The notes: a model not told the origin generated them from the sequence alone. A DNA stretch of 63,171 nt, filler included, from Globobulimina sp. (GCA_003354225.1; 49 parts of 49 records of this genome joined end to end with filler, not necessarily neighbours in it), one strand, 5' to 3'. Positions 1 through 12,389 are shown, counted from the whole stretch's first letter. Made by a program: numbers and translations.

Positions 1-1025
1 CTCTCAATTCTTTCCATATCAATGCCACTGCGACAAAAACATTTTTCTTTCCCAAATTGCGTTTTGTCATAGTCCTCGTTTAATTGCTTGATAATCTCAT
101 CCAATATGTTTGTATCATTCATCTGCTTTTCTAGAATATCCAATTTATTTCGCGATTTTAGTTCAATGAACATCTGATAAATAACAGTAATATCGAATTT
201 GTCCAACCTTTGTAACATGGATATTTTTTGAAATAATTGCTGGTGTTTCACAATGATGGAAGCTATCGATTTGATGTGGTGCTGTTTCATAAACTTATAA
301 GATTTTATTTCGTTATTTTGATAAAATATTTTGAAATTTGTCTGATTTGCTAGTACTAAATGTTTGATGTTGCGTGCAACAACAGACACATTGTCAGATA
401 ATAACGATAACGGACAATATTTCGAGAGCGTTTCAATTGTTTTTGTTACGTTCAATTTTAAGTGTTGATGCATGCTGAAGCGGCAAATGTGTTTTTTGAT
501 GTTGTTGCTGTCAACGAACGGCGATAAATTAAGAAACATCCATTTTGGCTTCATATCGAATGTAAATATGTCCGGTTGTTGTTGTTGTTTGCTGTCATTC
601 GTAAATGTGGCGTCGAGCGAACATGCATTTCTTTCCAATGATGCATAATAAACGGAATTGTCATGCTTACAATTTTTGTTATGAAATGGATGCTTTTTTG
701 CTCTTTTTAGTGGTCTGCGTCTTTGATGTTGCAGTTGATTCACTAAATGCAATACAAATGATTGCGACAAATGAAGTGGATGAATTATTGTGTTTGCATA
801 TTTCTGTCCTAACCATTTTTGAACAATGTAATTTGAGGCAAAAATGTCTTCTGATTCACCAAAGTCTTTGTTAATTTTCAAAATGAGGCAATTGAGAATC
901 CCGTCGGTTTTGACGTATCGAAAAACAATGTGTTTGTTACCTTCAGATAAATAGATCCAATCTTCTGACGGATTGCTGTTTAAAACTGCTTTCTCAAATT
1001 CATCAGTTTGCTGTCCAATTGACAT
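1..1025 (-). CDS. IPPK: Inositol-pentakisphosphate 2-kinase (IPK1/IPPK), 3' truncated by window edge
   Basis: Not in the ORF track because it runs off the edge. Manual translation from ATG at 1025 gives MSIGQQTDEFEKAVLNSNPSEDWIYLSEGNKHIVFRY...FDMKPKW...CRFSMHQHLK...SKYCPLSLLS, matching the IPK1 motifs WxYxxEGxxN/H, E/DxKPKW, CRFxMHQ and YCPLxL. Confidence 0.8.
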   Translation of the reverse strand, partial: MSIGQQTDEFEKAVLNSNPSEDWIYLSEGNKHIVFRYVKTDGILNCLILKINKDFGESEDIFASNYIVQKWLGQKYANTIIHPLHLSQSFVLHLVNQLQHQRRRPLKRAKKHPFHNKNCKHDNSVYYASLERNACSLDATFTNDSKQQQQPDIFTFDMKPKWMFLNLSPFVDSNNIKKHICRFSMHQHLKLNVTKTIETLSKYCPLSLLSDNVSVVARNIKHLVLANQTNFKIFYQNNEIKSYKFMKQHHIKSIASIIVKHQQLFQKISMLQRLDKFDITVIYQMFIELKSRNKLDILEKQMNDTNILDEIIKQLNEDYDKTQFGKEKCFCRSGIDMERIE

Positions 1026-1192
1026 TATCTCAAGTTGACATGTTAGATTGATGCGAAAGTTTTTGCGATATGTTAGCTGACGAATCAGTGATACTGAACC
1101 AAATACAGTACTTCACACATGTACCAAAGTACGATGGTTGAAAGAATTTAAAATATCTGTCAAGGCATAATCTTGCGTACATTTAAATTTAT

Positions 1193-1292
1193 NNNNNNNN
1201 NNNNNNNNNNNNNNNNNNNNNNNNNNNNNNNNNNNNTTAATTAATTAANNNNNNNNNNNNNNNNNNNNNNNNNNNNNNNNNNNNNNNNNNNN
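1193..1292. other. Artificial contig-joining spacer (first of about 48)
   Basis: 44 N + TTAATTAATTAA (stops in all six frames) + 44 N, recurring every ~1.29 kb. Confidence 0.99.
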
Positions 1293-2584
1293 GTTTGGAT
1301 TGTTTTTACAATCGTTTTCACAATGTTTTTAATGTTTAACGAATCTCTACACAAATATTGGATGATTTGGATCAGACAAATATTAGAAAGGGAGAAAATT
1401 CCATGCCTCTGTGAGTGTTGTCTGACACATGCTTAGCTCCCACATTTACCGCAAAGTGATAGAAAATAAATCAGAATTTGACATTTTGGAATGGATAATA
1501 AATGAAACTCAATCTCATTTGTCATTGATAAAAATGGCTGTATACATCTATGACATCAATCCAGACAAATTGTCTGTATTGACGTCATCAGCCAAGAAAT
1601 ATGAAAATACCACTATTATTCACTCTGTGCATTGATGCTTTTATTAGCGATAATATTGGTGGTGAAAATGTATTGTCACAAAACAACGAATTTCAATATT
1701 AAAACAAAAGTTCAGTAATGTCAAACTTTCAAATCATGAACAACACTAATTATCGCTTGTCTGTGTGAATAGCAGTACACAAATCAATACATTGGGTGTC
1801 ACATAAGTGTTATGTTCCATCAATTTGGCAAACATCAATTTTTGTCCTTGCCCCAACAATTTTTATCATGAATTCGTCGTTACAATGAGTGAAATCGCGT
1901 GATTTTCGCTTCAATCTTGCATGAAGATCACATTAAAAGATAGACTGCACTATAGAACGCTTTACAGTTTATAGAAATATGATCCTCAAACAAATTAAAT
2001 CTACACAAACTAAATATACGCAGTCACCATATGACCATATCACATATATATTATGTTTGATTATGTCATTGGATACCCATAATGTTATTCAACGAATTAT
2101 ATTATTCAAACACAGAGGTCATTTGTGCTAATGGCGTGGTGTATTTGTTACACAAATGTCAATAATGAATCACAGCTGATCATGACATGAATTATGCATT
2201 TCAGAATCGCAAAAAATAGAGTGATACACGGATATTAAACAATTATTTCACACTTTCAAATCATGTTTTCTCTGAATTTTTTCCCCGAATTTATGGCCAT
2301 TACACAACTGATTCGCATCGGACAATGACAGTCACGTGCATTCGTACATGTATGACCATTTGGAGCCATCAATGACAGACAGACCAACCACAAGCAAGTG
2401 ACGCATCCAAACAGACACACCAATCACAAGTTTACAAAGGTTCAATCAAATAATGAACAGTTGAATCATTCACAAATCGAAATANNNNNNNNNNNNNNNN
2501 NNNNNNNNNNNNNNNNNNNNNNNNNNNNTTAATTAATTAANNNNNNNNNNNNNNNNNNNNNNNNNNNNNNNNNNNNNNNNNNNN

Positions 2585-3776
2585 CCTACAATGCCTCCAA
2601 CCTCACCCCCAACATCTTCCCCTACAATGCCTCCAACCTCACCCCCAACGGAACAGCCTCAAATCCGACAACTAATCCAAGCCCCGCTCCTACATACAGT
2701 CCGACTTTCGCTCCCACATATTATGGAGCAAAAACATCATGCGGGAACCATATGTTTTGTTATGATATCGTTGTTCAACCAATAATTGGACAACAATCCG
2801 CGTTTCCAATACTGATAAGAGATACAAGTGGCTATACAGAAACTGAATTTTTCATTAATTTCAATGTAACACAGAATGATTGCGAAGAACCTATGATTTC
2901 GTTTGAGTTCGAACAAATAGATTATGATTCATCAAATGAGTATGTTTCCATATACAAAAATGATGGTAGTTTGCTTCAGAAATGTGATGGTGGACAAAAT
3001 CAATGTGGAATTTGGAAACAATGTTTAAATCAATACAAATTGGATATTTCCAAGATCGAAGTCAATAATTATTACCAAATTAAAGTATTAAAACCATATT
3101 ATGTCACTGCACAATGCGTTAATCATCAATATTCAATCAATGCCAACCTTGTATTATATTGTAAGAGTATTTCTAAATCACCAACCACTCACTCACCAAT
3201 CCTCCCAACCACACGTTTGCCGTCAAACTCACCGACACCTCCAACTACTCCAAGACCAACATTAACATTAAAACCTACAAATAATCCGCTAACAGCTTCA
3301 ATTTGTGACAGACAATGTGAGTCTGAAGAAAATGAATTAGAGATTGAGTTAGTATTTGAGCTATTTGATGGTTTGTATTATGACTTTCGAAATATAGAAT
3401 GCTTTATGTTCGAATTATTTTATTCGTATTTACCAAACTATGCCTTCAGTTCATTTGATGTGTGCGATTTGACTGTGGACGCAGTAAATGGTGGAATTAA
3501 TAGTTATAATTCTCCAAACTGCCTACAACCGCCTTGTTTATGGTTAGAAGAGTCACATCAACGGTTGTTATTGGATGATTTTGTTGAATTATCAGTTCAA
3601 ATCACAGTGTATGATGAAAATGCATTGAGTTCCTTATCCACAAATAATTTAATACAAGCTGTGGATGATAAATTTGAAGAAAATTTTAATATTTCTGTGA
3701 GTGCCTCTGTAAATACCCGTGTTTTAATTGTGACTGCTTACAGTGAATCAGACAAATTATCAGTTACAGAAACACC
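2585..3776 (+). CDS. Pro/Thr-repeat (mucin-like) extracellular protein with a Cys-containing domain, partial; apparent frameshift near 2658
   Basis: PTMPPTSPPT repeats in one frame continue as SNPTTNPSPAPTYSPTFAPT in the frame of ORF 2752-3828. A Cys-rich domain is followed by a second PT tract. Confidence 0.55.
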
Positions 3777-3876
3777 NNNNNNNNNNNNNNNNNNNNNNNN
3801 NNNNNNNNNNNNNNNNNNNNTTAATTAATTAANNNNNNNNNNNNNNNNNNNNNNNNNNNNNNNNNNNNNNNNNNNN

Positions 3877-3913
3877 GGTTAGCTACAGTGGTTTTCAACT
3901 TTGAATACTAGGA
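3877..3913. repeat. Fragment of the palindromic element seen at 49927-50134
   Basis: GGTTAGCTACAGTGGTTTTCAACTTTGAATACTAGGA is the reverse complement of ~50039-50075 with one mismatch. Confidence 0.8.
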
Positions 3914-4123
3914 TACATATTTCACCATATCAACAGCGTGTATTGCAACATAAATCAAACTATTTCAAAGCGGAAACGAAGAGGGTCAATTTGAAATTGT
4001 TTTGAAAAAAAAATATTATCATATTTTTGTATATAACTAAAATTAAATTAAATTCCATACAAGGTCGAAATGGCGTATCGTCATTACAAACTCCAATAAT
4101 TATCCATGACAATCATGCATAAG

Positions 4124-5050
4124 TTATGATTTATGAAACGTGCTATTATATATTTCCTGTGCTACAAATATGGCCCACGACGTATGCCATCCAATATGTA
4201 CTAATCTTATCCCCATTCCACCCCAAAAACATCCAAAATATCCTTTATTTCTGATTTGAATTTTTAAAATATCCATCACCGATTTGCCGCCTCTATCCGC
4301 TTGAATCACCGGCATCATTTTATCCAATGGTTGCAATATCAACACGGACGAGCCAGAGCCAATAAAAGTAGCCAACAATCTCTCCCAAGCAGCCAAGCCT
4401 TCGTCAGGGTTCCTTTTCATTTTCCTCCACTGCTCCTTGACAATGCCCATAAACATGAAGCGGCAGCCCCAATCTAGCGACCTTTTCAAGACCATGGTGG
4501 GTAAGCCGATGGTCAATGTGCCAATGCCATCCGCCTTCACCGCATCATTCAGGATCTTCATAGAGATACTAAATTCGCCCAACACGCCGGTCGAAGTGCC
4601 GCCGGCTTCCATGCGTAGTCGCAAGCCTTCGTTGACGCGCGTTCTGGCCAATAATGTTGGGCCCATTACAATGCCCTGACAGGCTCCGGCCAACGTACCG
4701 CTGTAAAAATCAATGCGGTCTTTCGACACATTCGTGTGGTTCAAAAAGATGTTTTGCCAAAACGCTTTGGCCGAACCTAACACAATGCCTTTGGAGATAC
4801 CTAAGGCGAAACCCCACGGCCAAAAACCTGCCCAGAATCCGCCCAAACCGGCACGTAACATCGTACGTGCCACTGTGGGATATGGCTGTGCTAATAGTTG
4901 TTTTTGCATTTTTAAATTTTCCAAAAATATTCCACCCAGTAACATCTCGCAAATTACCGTTCCGCCGGTGATCATTCCTTTTATTGTCACCGACTCTTTT
5001 TTCACATCTGCTGTTAATGATTCCTTGTTGTAATTTTGTTTCGAGGACAT
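4124..5050 (-). CDS. Mitochondrial carrier family (SLC25-like) protein
   Basis: 308 aa with three-repeat organisation and degenerate Px[D/E]xx[K/R] signatures (FLENLKMQKQ, GPTLLARTRV, QPLDKMMPVIQ), plus GxxGFWxG segments. Confidence 0.7.
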   Translation of the reverse strand: MSSKQNYNKESLTADVKKESVTIKGMITGGTVICEMLLGGIFLENLKMQKQLLAQPYPTVARTMLRAGLGGFWAGFWPWGFALGISKGIVLGSAKAFWQNIFLNHTNVSKDRIDFYSGTLAGACQGIVMGPTLLARTRVNEGLRLRMEAGGTSTGVLGEFSISMKILNDAVKADGIGTLTIGLPTMVLKRSLDWGCRFMFMGIVKEQWRKMKRNPDEGLAAWERLLATFIGSGSSVLILQPLDKMMPVIQADRGGKSVMDILKIQIRNKGYFGCFWGGMGIRLVHIGWHTSWAIFVAQEIYNSTFHKS

Positions 5051-5214
5051 TTTTGCTCTGACCGTTTTNNNNNNNNNNNNNNNNNNNNNNNNNNNNNNNN
5101 NNNNNNNNNNNNTTAATTAATTAANNNNNNNNNNNNNNNNNNNNNNNNNNNNNNNNNNNNNNNNNNNNCTAGCTCGGCCGTCGAGCAATCATCTTTTCCT
5201 GCTATTTCTCAATC

Positions 5215-6273
5215 GTGTTCCCTATATATTGCTTAGTTGCTATTTGGATATTTTCAGGGCCGTATACAACCTTGTACATTTGGTTTATTTTAGCCTTATT
5301 TTCTGTGGGTGTATGGGCAACCACACCTATGCCATCTGTAGTTCTTTTGCATGCCGATTTGCAATGTACTATATTGGGATCTCGTGCACCTAGCACTATA
5401 CGTAATTATGTACATTCTTTCAATGGTTTTTTAAAGTTTTCTGCCACTCATGGTTTTTGTCCTTTACCTGGTAACCCTTATCATGTGGCATTATATTTAC
5501 AACATCGCCTAAATTCGGCCCAATCAGCATCTGTCATTAGCCAAGCTTTATACAGTATTCAATGGGCACATTCTCTCTCTAATTTGCCTGGACCTTCTGC
5601 TCATCCCTTATGCAAGCAAGTGGTTGATGCAGCCAATCGTCGTTTTGGCCTTTGTTCTGGTGCCAAAGATGCTGCTAGTGCTCCCTTGCTTTTTGCCCTT
5701 CATGCGGAATGTGTTTCCATTCCGTCAATCGTTGCCTGGCGTACCTTTGTACTTTCCTTGTTCATGTTTTATGGACTCTTACGGTGGGCTGAAGCTTCTG
5801 CCTTGACTGCGAATGATGTTGAGGTATTGGACGATTATTTGGTACTTATTTTACGACAATCTAAAACTGATCAACATAAAACTGGCAACCGTGTGCCATT
5901 AGCTGCTACCAATTCTGTCCTGTGTCCTGTGAAGGCTTTTCGCCATTATATTTCATCAGCTCAAATTCAGTTGCCTTCTTCGCAACGTTTATTCCGTAAT
6001 GTGTCTGGAACAAAATTGAATTCGAAATCATTAACTTACAACAATCATATCAGTTTGGTGCGAAGTGTTGTTCGGCGCCGTACTTCAATTGCTCCGGCCT
6101 CTATTGGCCTTCATTCGTTTCGTTCTGGTGGGGCATCTCAACTTTTGGCTAATGGAGCTCAAACTTCTTCCATCAAAGAATTTGGTCGTTGGTCCTCCGA
6201 TACTTCTATGGACCGTTACCTGAGACGTTCTGTGCAGTCTAAATTGATTACATCGAAACTTATGGCTTTATGA
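5215..6273 (+). mobile_element. Tyrosine recombinase of DIRS/Ngaro/PAT-type YR retroelement
   Basis: N-terminal SRAPSTIRNY...HVALYL SAM-like domain. Catalytic motifs: R (GLLRWAE), K (SKTDQ), HxxR (HSFRSGGAS), W (GRWSS), Y (MDRYL). Confidence 0.85.
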
Positions 6274-6920
6274 TTTAGCTCTACTTACTGCCATGATACT
6301 GTATCTATGCATTGTATATGCTTTTGTACTCTTTATCCTCTCCCTGACTTCGTGTGCATCNNNNNNNNNNNNNNNNNNNNNNNNNNNNNNNNNNNNNNNN
6401 NNNNTTAATTAATTAANNNNNNNNNNNNNNNNNNNNNNNNNNNNNNNNNNNNNNNNNNNNAATTGGCACAAAAAAACATAATGAAACATGGTGATCGGAT
6501 TTGGAGCATCTTCTTCAATATATTATATATTACCTTTGTTCATTGGTTTCAATCACCAAATAAAAGGACTTGTATCCATGTTTGTGCATACTATTTATTT
6601 AGTGTTCCTTCTTGTGTATGGGTGAAATCTTTAATTGATTTCTTAAAGTTTTGAAGAAAAAAAAATGCACAACATACATTTAAAAGAAATATTATTAAAA
6701 ATCAGCCGGAATTATGACGTTTATAAATTGGCGAAAATAAAGAAAACTCATTTTGAAGCAAAACTAGATGTGAAAATTGGTGACAGTGACAGTGTAGTGA
6801 TGCCTTTGTTACCGCAAGAAAGGCGGAGAAAATGTTGGCATTGTGTTGTTGCATGACATGGAACCATGCTTTGTCATTTTCTAAATTCGTTATTTGTCAG
6901 ATCCTTATATATTATCACCA

Positions 6921-7652
6921 TCAATACTTGTTTTTTTTGATTTTTTTTGACTTTTTTGACTTTTTATCTCGAATTTGGCTCAATAAATCAAATCTATTTT
7001 TAACTTTATGCTGTTGTTTGTGATTAATAGTCGATAATAATTTTTGACTGTTTTCCTTTATTTGACAATACTTAAACCACTCAATGCTCTGTAAAACCAA
7101 TTCGCACAGTTTTGTATTCTTATCTCCTTCCAAGCTCTCTAAACTATGAGAATCATTTGCTGCGATTATCAGTTTGCTCAATGGATATGAAGCACAGTCT
7201 TGTTTTACTTTATTTATATTGTTTATTCCATCATTCTTTGCATGATATAATAAAATTGCTTTATTTGCAATGCAGCATTTTTGCGTATCCATAGCTGATA
7301 ATAATAAAAACGTACAATTTTGTTCAATATATCCAATAATATTATTTTTTTTTGAAATCAACAAAGATGCAGCATAATAACCACCTTTTTTTCTCATTAC
7401 AGTATATATAAAAGACGAACAAAATTAATACATGCAATAAACAATAATACCTCTTGAACTGGCAATGATTACATTTGGTTCATATTGCAATACTTTTATA
7501 ATTAATTTGTTTAATGATTGTTCATAGTTTGTTTTATCAGATGGTTCTGTTACAGTTACGTTTTCTACATTTTGTTTTGTAAATTTAGATTGTAAATGTT
7601 TCATTCTTTGAATAATGGAGTTCCCGAATCCTTTATCAATTACCAATATCTT
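6921..7652 (-). CDS. Alpha/beta-hydrolase-like protein, 5' partial, intron 7385-7450
   Basis: Splicing the GT-AG intron joins VIIASSRG to GYYAA, giving a nucleophile-elbow-like ASSRGG. Candidate Asp (HAKND) and His (DSHSL) follow. Confidence 0.5.
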
Positions 7653-7752
7653 NNNNNNNNNNNNNNNNNNNNNNNNNNNNNNNNNNNNNNNNNNNNTTAA
7701 TTAATTAANNNNNNNNNNNNNNNNNNNNNNNNNNNNNNNNNNNNNNNNNNNN

Positions 7753-7889
7753 AATGGCGTTGATGCAAATTGCAATGGCTTTGGAGTTTGGTAAACCGAG
7801 GTTGGCTGTGTCTGGGATGATTGCATTGGAATTGGTATTTTACTTCGCGGTGTTTCGTAGCCATTGTCACAGTAATGGGCAGTGTTCAT
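7753..7889 (-). CDS. N-terminus of hypothetical protein, divergent from the IPK gene
   Basis: ATG at 7889, open to the contig end (MNTAHYCDNGYETPRSKIPIP...), with S/T-P rich low-complexity sequence. Confidence 0.35.
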
Positions 7890-7956
7890 ATTTACGTGAC
7901 CGTGCAAAAAATGTCAAAGCTTAAAAAAAAACGAAAATCAAAGTTACTAAGAAACA

Positions 7957-8944
7957 ATGTCAACGGAAAAGTCAACCGCAAACCTAAACTACACTCACGA
8001 CAGTCCCGAGATGACGCCCACCATTTACGAGTTGGCTACAACCAACAGACACAACCTCGACACCCAGAACACTCTCAACAAACAAGCCTTGAACATCAAC
8101 ATCAACAACGCGCCCGTCACAGACACACAAACACATACAAACACCTCGCCACATCACAGCAACACTTTCGAACACCACCACGACACCTTCTCCATCGACG
8201 AAGACGAGCAGCAATTCAAATTATTTGCGAACCAGGTCGCAGGCACTCTACCTATGCTCCACAGCGACGGCAAACTCTACAAACCCCTCAAAACCGACTT
8301 AGAGCAGAAATTCTACACTCATATCCTCGATTGGTTGCCTTCGATACAGGCCTTCATCCCCAAATATTGCGGCATCCAGCAAATCAAAATCAACACTTCC
8401 TCCGAGTCAGAATCAGATTATTCGCCCTCCATCACAGACAACGACAACTGCCCATCCGTCAATCCATGGAGCACGCAAATGTTCAAAAAGCACAAGAAAC
8501 GAATGCATAAGAAAAAAATGCCCTTTTTAATACTCGAAGACTTGACTTTGAAGTATAAGAAACCCAACATACTCGATCTTAAGATTGGAACCCGGCACTT
8601 CCCGCCGATCTGTCGCATGGCCAAAATGGAACGAAAGCTACGCAAAAGTTGGTGCAGTACGTGCAAGGATTTTGGACTTCGCATTGGCGGCTTACAAATG
8701 TACCACAATCAACACAAACAATATGAGATTATGGCGAAGCATAAAGCAATGTTGCTGTCCAAGGCAGCATTTGTGCAGAATCTCATGCATTTTTTTGCTG
8801 GAACTCATTATGAAAAAAAGACGCTCGCTCAGTTTATTGTGAAATTGAATAAAATTTACCATATTTTGAAAACTGAGCATCGCTTTCGATGGTTTTCATG
8901 TTCGCTGTTATTTGTGTACGAAGGCATGCATTCGGACGACAATG
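7957..8944 (+). CDS. Inositol polyphosphate kinase (IP6K/IPMK family), 3' partial
   Basis: QVAG motif, FLILEDLT, PxxxDxKxG (KPNILDLKIGTR) and SSLL-like CSLLFVYEG. Confidence 0.85.
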
Positions 8945-9171
8945 NNNNNNNNNNNNNNNNNNNNNNNNNNNNNNNNNNNNNNNNNNNNTTAATTAATTAA
9001 NNNNNNNNNNNNNNNNNNNNNNNNNNNNNNNNNNNNNNNNNNNNATATCTTGATAGATGTTCCAAAGGGACATGAATCAGTTTTTGGAACGCTTTCAGCT
9101 AAAGCCTATCAGTAGTAAACAAAAAGGTTTTCGAACATGTTAAGCCTCCGAACTTAATTGGCAGTAGTCTA

Positions 9172-10134
9172 ATGGAGACTTTAACACTGACACTGTTGGA
9201 CTCGCTGATATCTTTTTTTTGCGCTCCCATCAACTCTGAGACACATTTATATTATGACGATTATATGCTAAAACATATTGCATCCACTTATGAAGGATCG
9301 GAAAGAGTTAAAAAATCATTTGAAGCTTTACATTATTATGGATTATTAGCATGCAGCAATGTACATATAATCAAACCATGCCCAGCCAAATTAAGTCATT
9401 TATTACTATCTCATTCACAGAAACACATCGAGAATATGATGAATATTAACATCAATAATTTTAAATCTGTAGAAATATCATATAATGAGCACACACCCAA
9501 AGCATCCTTGCTATCATCAGGAGCGTGTATTGATTTATTTGATTCCATTATGTGTGACACCAATAAATGCCAAAATGGATTTGCTTTGGTCCGGCCACCA
9601 GGTCATCACTGTGAATATGACAAAGCAATGGGATTTTGTATATTTAATAATATCGTGGTTGGAATAAATTGTTTACGCGATAAATATGGCGAGAATATGA
9701 AAATATTGATTGTTGATTTTGATGTTCATGCCGGGAATGGCACATCTTCTGCGTTTGTAGATTGTGATAATATTTTATATTTTAGCATTCATAGATATGA
9801 TAACGGACAATTTTACCCATATTGCGGGAGAATACAAGAAGATGGAAATGATGGCAAAAATATAAATGTTGCAATTAATACATCATTCAATCAGAAAGGT
9901 TATGGCAATGATGAATATTTGTTGATATTTAGAGACATATTGCTGCCGATTGCCAATGAATTTATGCCGGATATAATTGTGATATCTGCAGGATTCGATT
10001 CGTGTGTCGGTGATCCGTTGGGCGCAATGAGTGTTACTCCAAATTGTTTTGGTGTGTTAGTAAAATTCAAAAATACTTACTTAATATGGTGGAATGTAAG
10101 ATACTCATTCAAAATGTATTGGAAACACATGTAA
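9172..10134 (+). CDS. Class II histone deacetylase domain (HDAC6/10-like), probably spliced/partial at the 3' end
   Basis: RPPGHH, GFCIFNN, DFDVHAGNGT, SIHRY and SAGFDSCVGDPLG motifs. Confidence 0.9.
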   Translation: METLTLTLLDSLISFFCAPINSETHLYYDDYMLKHIASTYEGSERVKKSFEALHYYGLLACSNVHIIKPCPAKLSHLLLSHSQKHIENMMNININNFKSVEISYNEHTPKASLLSSGACIDLFDSIMCDTNKCQNGFALVRPPGHHCEYDKAMGFCIFNNIVVGINCLRDKYGENMKILIVDFDVHAGNGTSSAFVDCDNILYFSIHRYDNGQFYPYCGRIQEDGNDGKNINVAINTSFNQKGYGNDEYLLIFRDILLPIANEFMPDIIVISAGFDSCVGDPLGAMSVTPNCFGVLVKFKNTYLIWWNVRYSFKMYWKHM

Positions 10135-10359
10135 AATATTGGAAGTGTTTGAAACCAATTCTGCACAGATACACATTATCAGAATTGCAATCACACAATA
10201 AATGCTAAATTAATATGTCATTGGAATCCCATGAGTNNNNNNNNNNNNNNNNNNNNNNNNNNNNNNNNNNNNNNNNNNNNTTAATTAATTAANNNNNNNN
10301 NNNNNNNNNNNNNNNNNNNNNNNNNNNNNNNNNNNNAGTAACATCACTTTTCTCCAGTA

Positions 10360-10544
10360 GGGAAAGGAAAATAGGTTAATAATAAAATGTTAATGGTTCC
10401 TGATGAAACACAACCTTTAACAATTCAATTTTGAGTTTCAATGTTTTTATTTTGAATAATCTGTAAAAAACTGTAAATTCAAACTGAAAAGCAAAAAGTT
10501 AAATGTTACCTTTAACAATTTATTATTAACCTATTTTCCTTCCC
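10360..10544. repeat. MITE-like element with ~37-bp terminal inverted repeats
   Basis: GGGAAAGGAAAATAGGTTAATAATAAAATGTTAATGGT pairs with ACCTTTAACAATTTATTATTAACCTATTTTCCTTCCC. Confidence 0.7.
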
Positions 10545-10566
10545 AAACTTCACATAGCTGTTTAAT

Positions 10567-11528
10567 ATGGACAGCAAAAGAATATCACAACTTGAAGCAG
10601 AAAACGCGGCGTTAAAGAAGAAATTGAAAGAATATGAATCATTTTTGAACGATACAATTGATGATATTCATCAAAAAGAGACTGAAAACAGCAAAGAGTT
10701 AACAGAGGCAAAACAATCAAAGGATAGTACTAATACTAAGCAAATCGATTGGAAATTAATTCGACTAAAATACCAACAAGAAAATGATGAATATATAATG
10801 AAATTAATTAATGATGATATTATCAGCGTTGCTGACGATTATGATAAATACGGTGATAATATATGGTCGTTAGCCTGTCAATATGGGCGCATTAACATTA
10901 TTAAAATGTGCGTGCACTTAGGATTGGACATAAGTAATATTAAAAATAAAAATGGCTACGATGCGGCACATATTGCACGTAGTTATAATCAGGATGAGAT
11001 ATTACAATATTTAATAATGGAAAAGATTGGCGCAGGGAAAGCTAATGACATTGTTAAATCATGTGATTATATGTGGAATGAAGATGGTGTTTTATCATCA
11101 TTTCAAAGTCAATTACATAAAAAAGAATTTGTTCATTTAAAACAAGCAATTGTTGCAATTGTATGCAATATCATTCAAAACAGAGATCCAATTTCATCAT
11201 TTTTAATTAATTTAAGCATGTCATTGGATTCAGTCAATACATGGCAAGTTGTTAAAAATGTAATGGATCAAATTATAAACGATACACATGATAGTATTGG
11301 ATGGTATTTTTTAAATAACTATTTATTAAAAAATAACACGTTTTTATTCCGCAAATATCAATTACATTCGAATGAGAACAAAAACAATGACGATGACAAT
11401 GGCACCGATCAGAAACAACAAAAACAACGCAAAATTGACGAATTAAATGAAAAAGAACTAATATATTTTTTAACAAAAACCTGTATTTGTAAATATAACA
11501 CAGAAACAAAAAATAATTGTTCCGAAAA
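10567..11528 (+). CDS. Coiled-coil plus ankyrin-repeat protein, 3' partial
   Basis: N-terminal heptads (ISQLEAENAALKKKLKEY); ankyrin-like YGDNIWSLACQYGRINIIKMCVHLG and NGYDAAHIARSYNQDEILQYL. Confidence 0.7.
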
Positions 11529-11628
11529 NNNNNNNNNNNNNNNNNNNNNNNNNNNNNNNNNNNNNNNNNNNNTTAATTAATTAANNNNNNNNNNNNNNNN
11601 NNNNNNNNNNNNNNNNNNNNNNNNNNNN

Positions 11629-12389
11629 GCAAAAAAGAGCAGAAAAACAAAGAAGCAGACATGCTTACTCCCATTACACCAACTCACAGCACACCAACTC
11701 ACAGCACACCAACTCACAGCACACCAATCACTCCCAATAGCACTGCATTATTGTCACCGGATGCAAATAATAAAAAACTGGCTCTTAAGGCCTTGATATC
11801 GCAGGAAGAGGATAGCTCCGATGATAAATTGACGGCGAGAACTGATCGATTGTCTGGCTTAGCTTTACATAAACGGGACACCGATCTGGTTATTACGCCC
11901 TCGCCGGATGATGGAGGATACGATACATTATCTCAACAGGGCGTGCCTTCATATCCTGTGTTGTATGCACGAAAAGCACAGAGTGTGGTAAGCGATGCCG
12001 TGGTGAATGTATATGATAATTCAGGCAAATCGCCGGATGATTCTATATCGTTTAGCAGTAAGATCCGTTTGTTGGGCTTTGGAGATAGCAGTACGTCGCT
12101 GTTTGGCAATGCCGGTGATGATCGCGAGAGTGTTCTAGATATCGATGCGGTGAAATTGATGCAAGAAAAAGCCAGTTTGGCTGGGAAATATGAGAATGAA
12201 TATATTGATATTAAAAAGAAATATGAAATGTTGCAAAGTGAAAATGAGGACATTGTATGTTCTAAATTGAAATTGTTGAATAATACATCAAAAGAGATTT
12301 CGCGGCTAAAAACTATTATTAATGTTGTTTTAAATTCGGACAATGAAAATATAAAAGGTGTCATCACTCAAATGTTAAAATCAATGTAA
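11629..12389 (+). CDS. Hypothetical protein C-terminus with TPTHS repeats and coiled coil
   Basis: 242-aa ORF with a 15-bp tandem repeat (ACACCAACTCACAGC x3), a C-terminal coiled coil and a T-rich 3' UTR. Confidence 0.5.

Noticed and set aside
1293-2484. Short ORF 1429-1635
   Set aside because: No motif or coherent gene model on either strand.
7821-8510. 229-aa His/Gln/Arg-rich overlapping ORF
   Set aside because: Alternate frame of the C/A-rich IPK gene, where low T content suppresses stops.
1-8944. Inositol-phosphate kinase gene cluster (IPPK plus IPK)
   Set aside because: The genes are on different contigs; proximity results from concatenation.
10395-10420. Hammerhead ribozyme core (CTGATGA)
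   Set aside because: No stem II followed by GAAA or other required helices.
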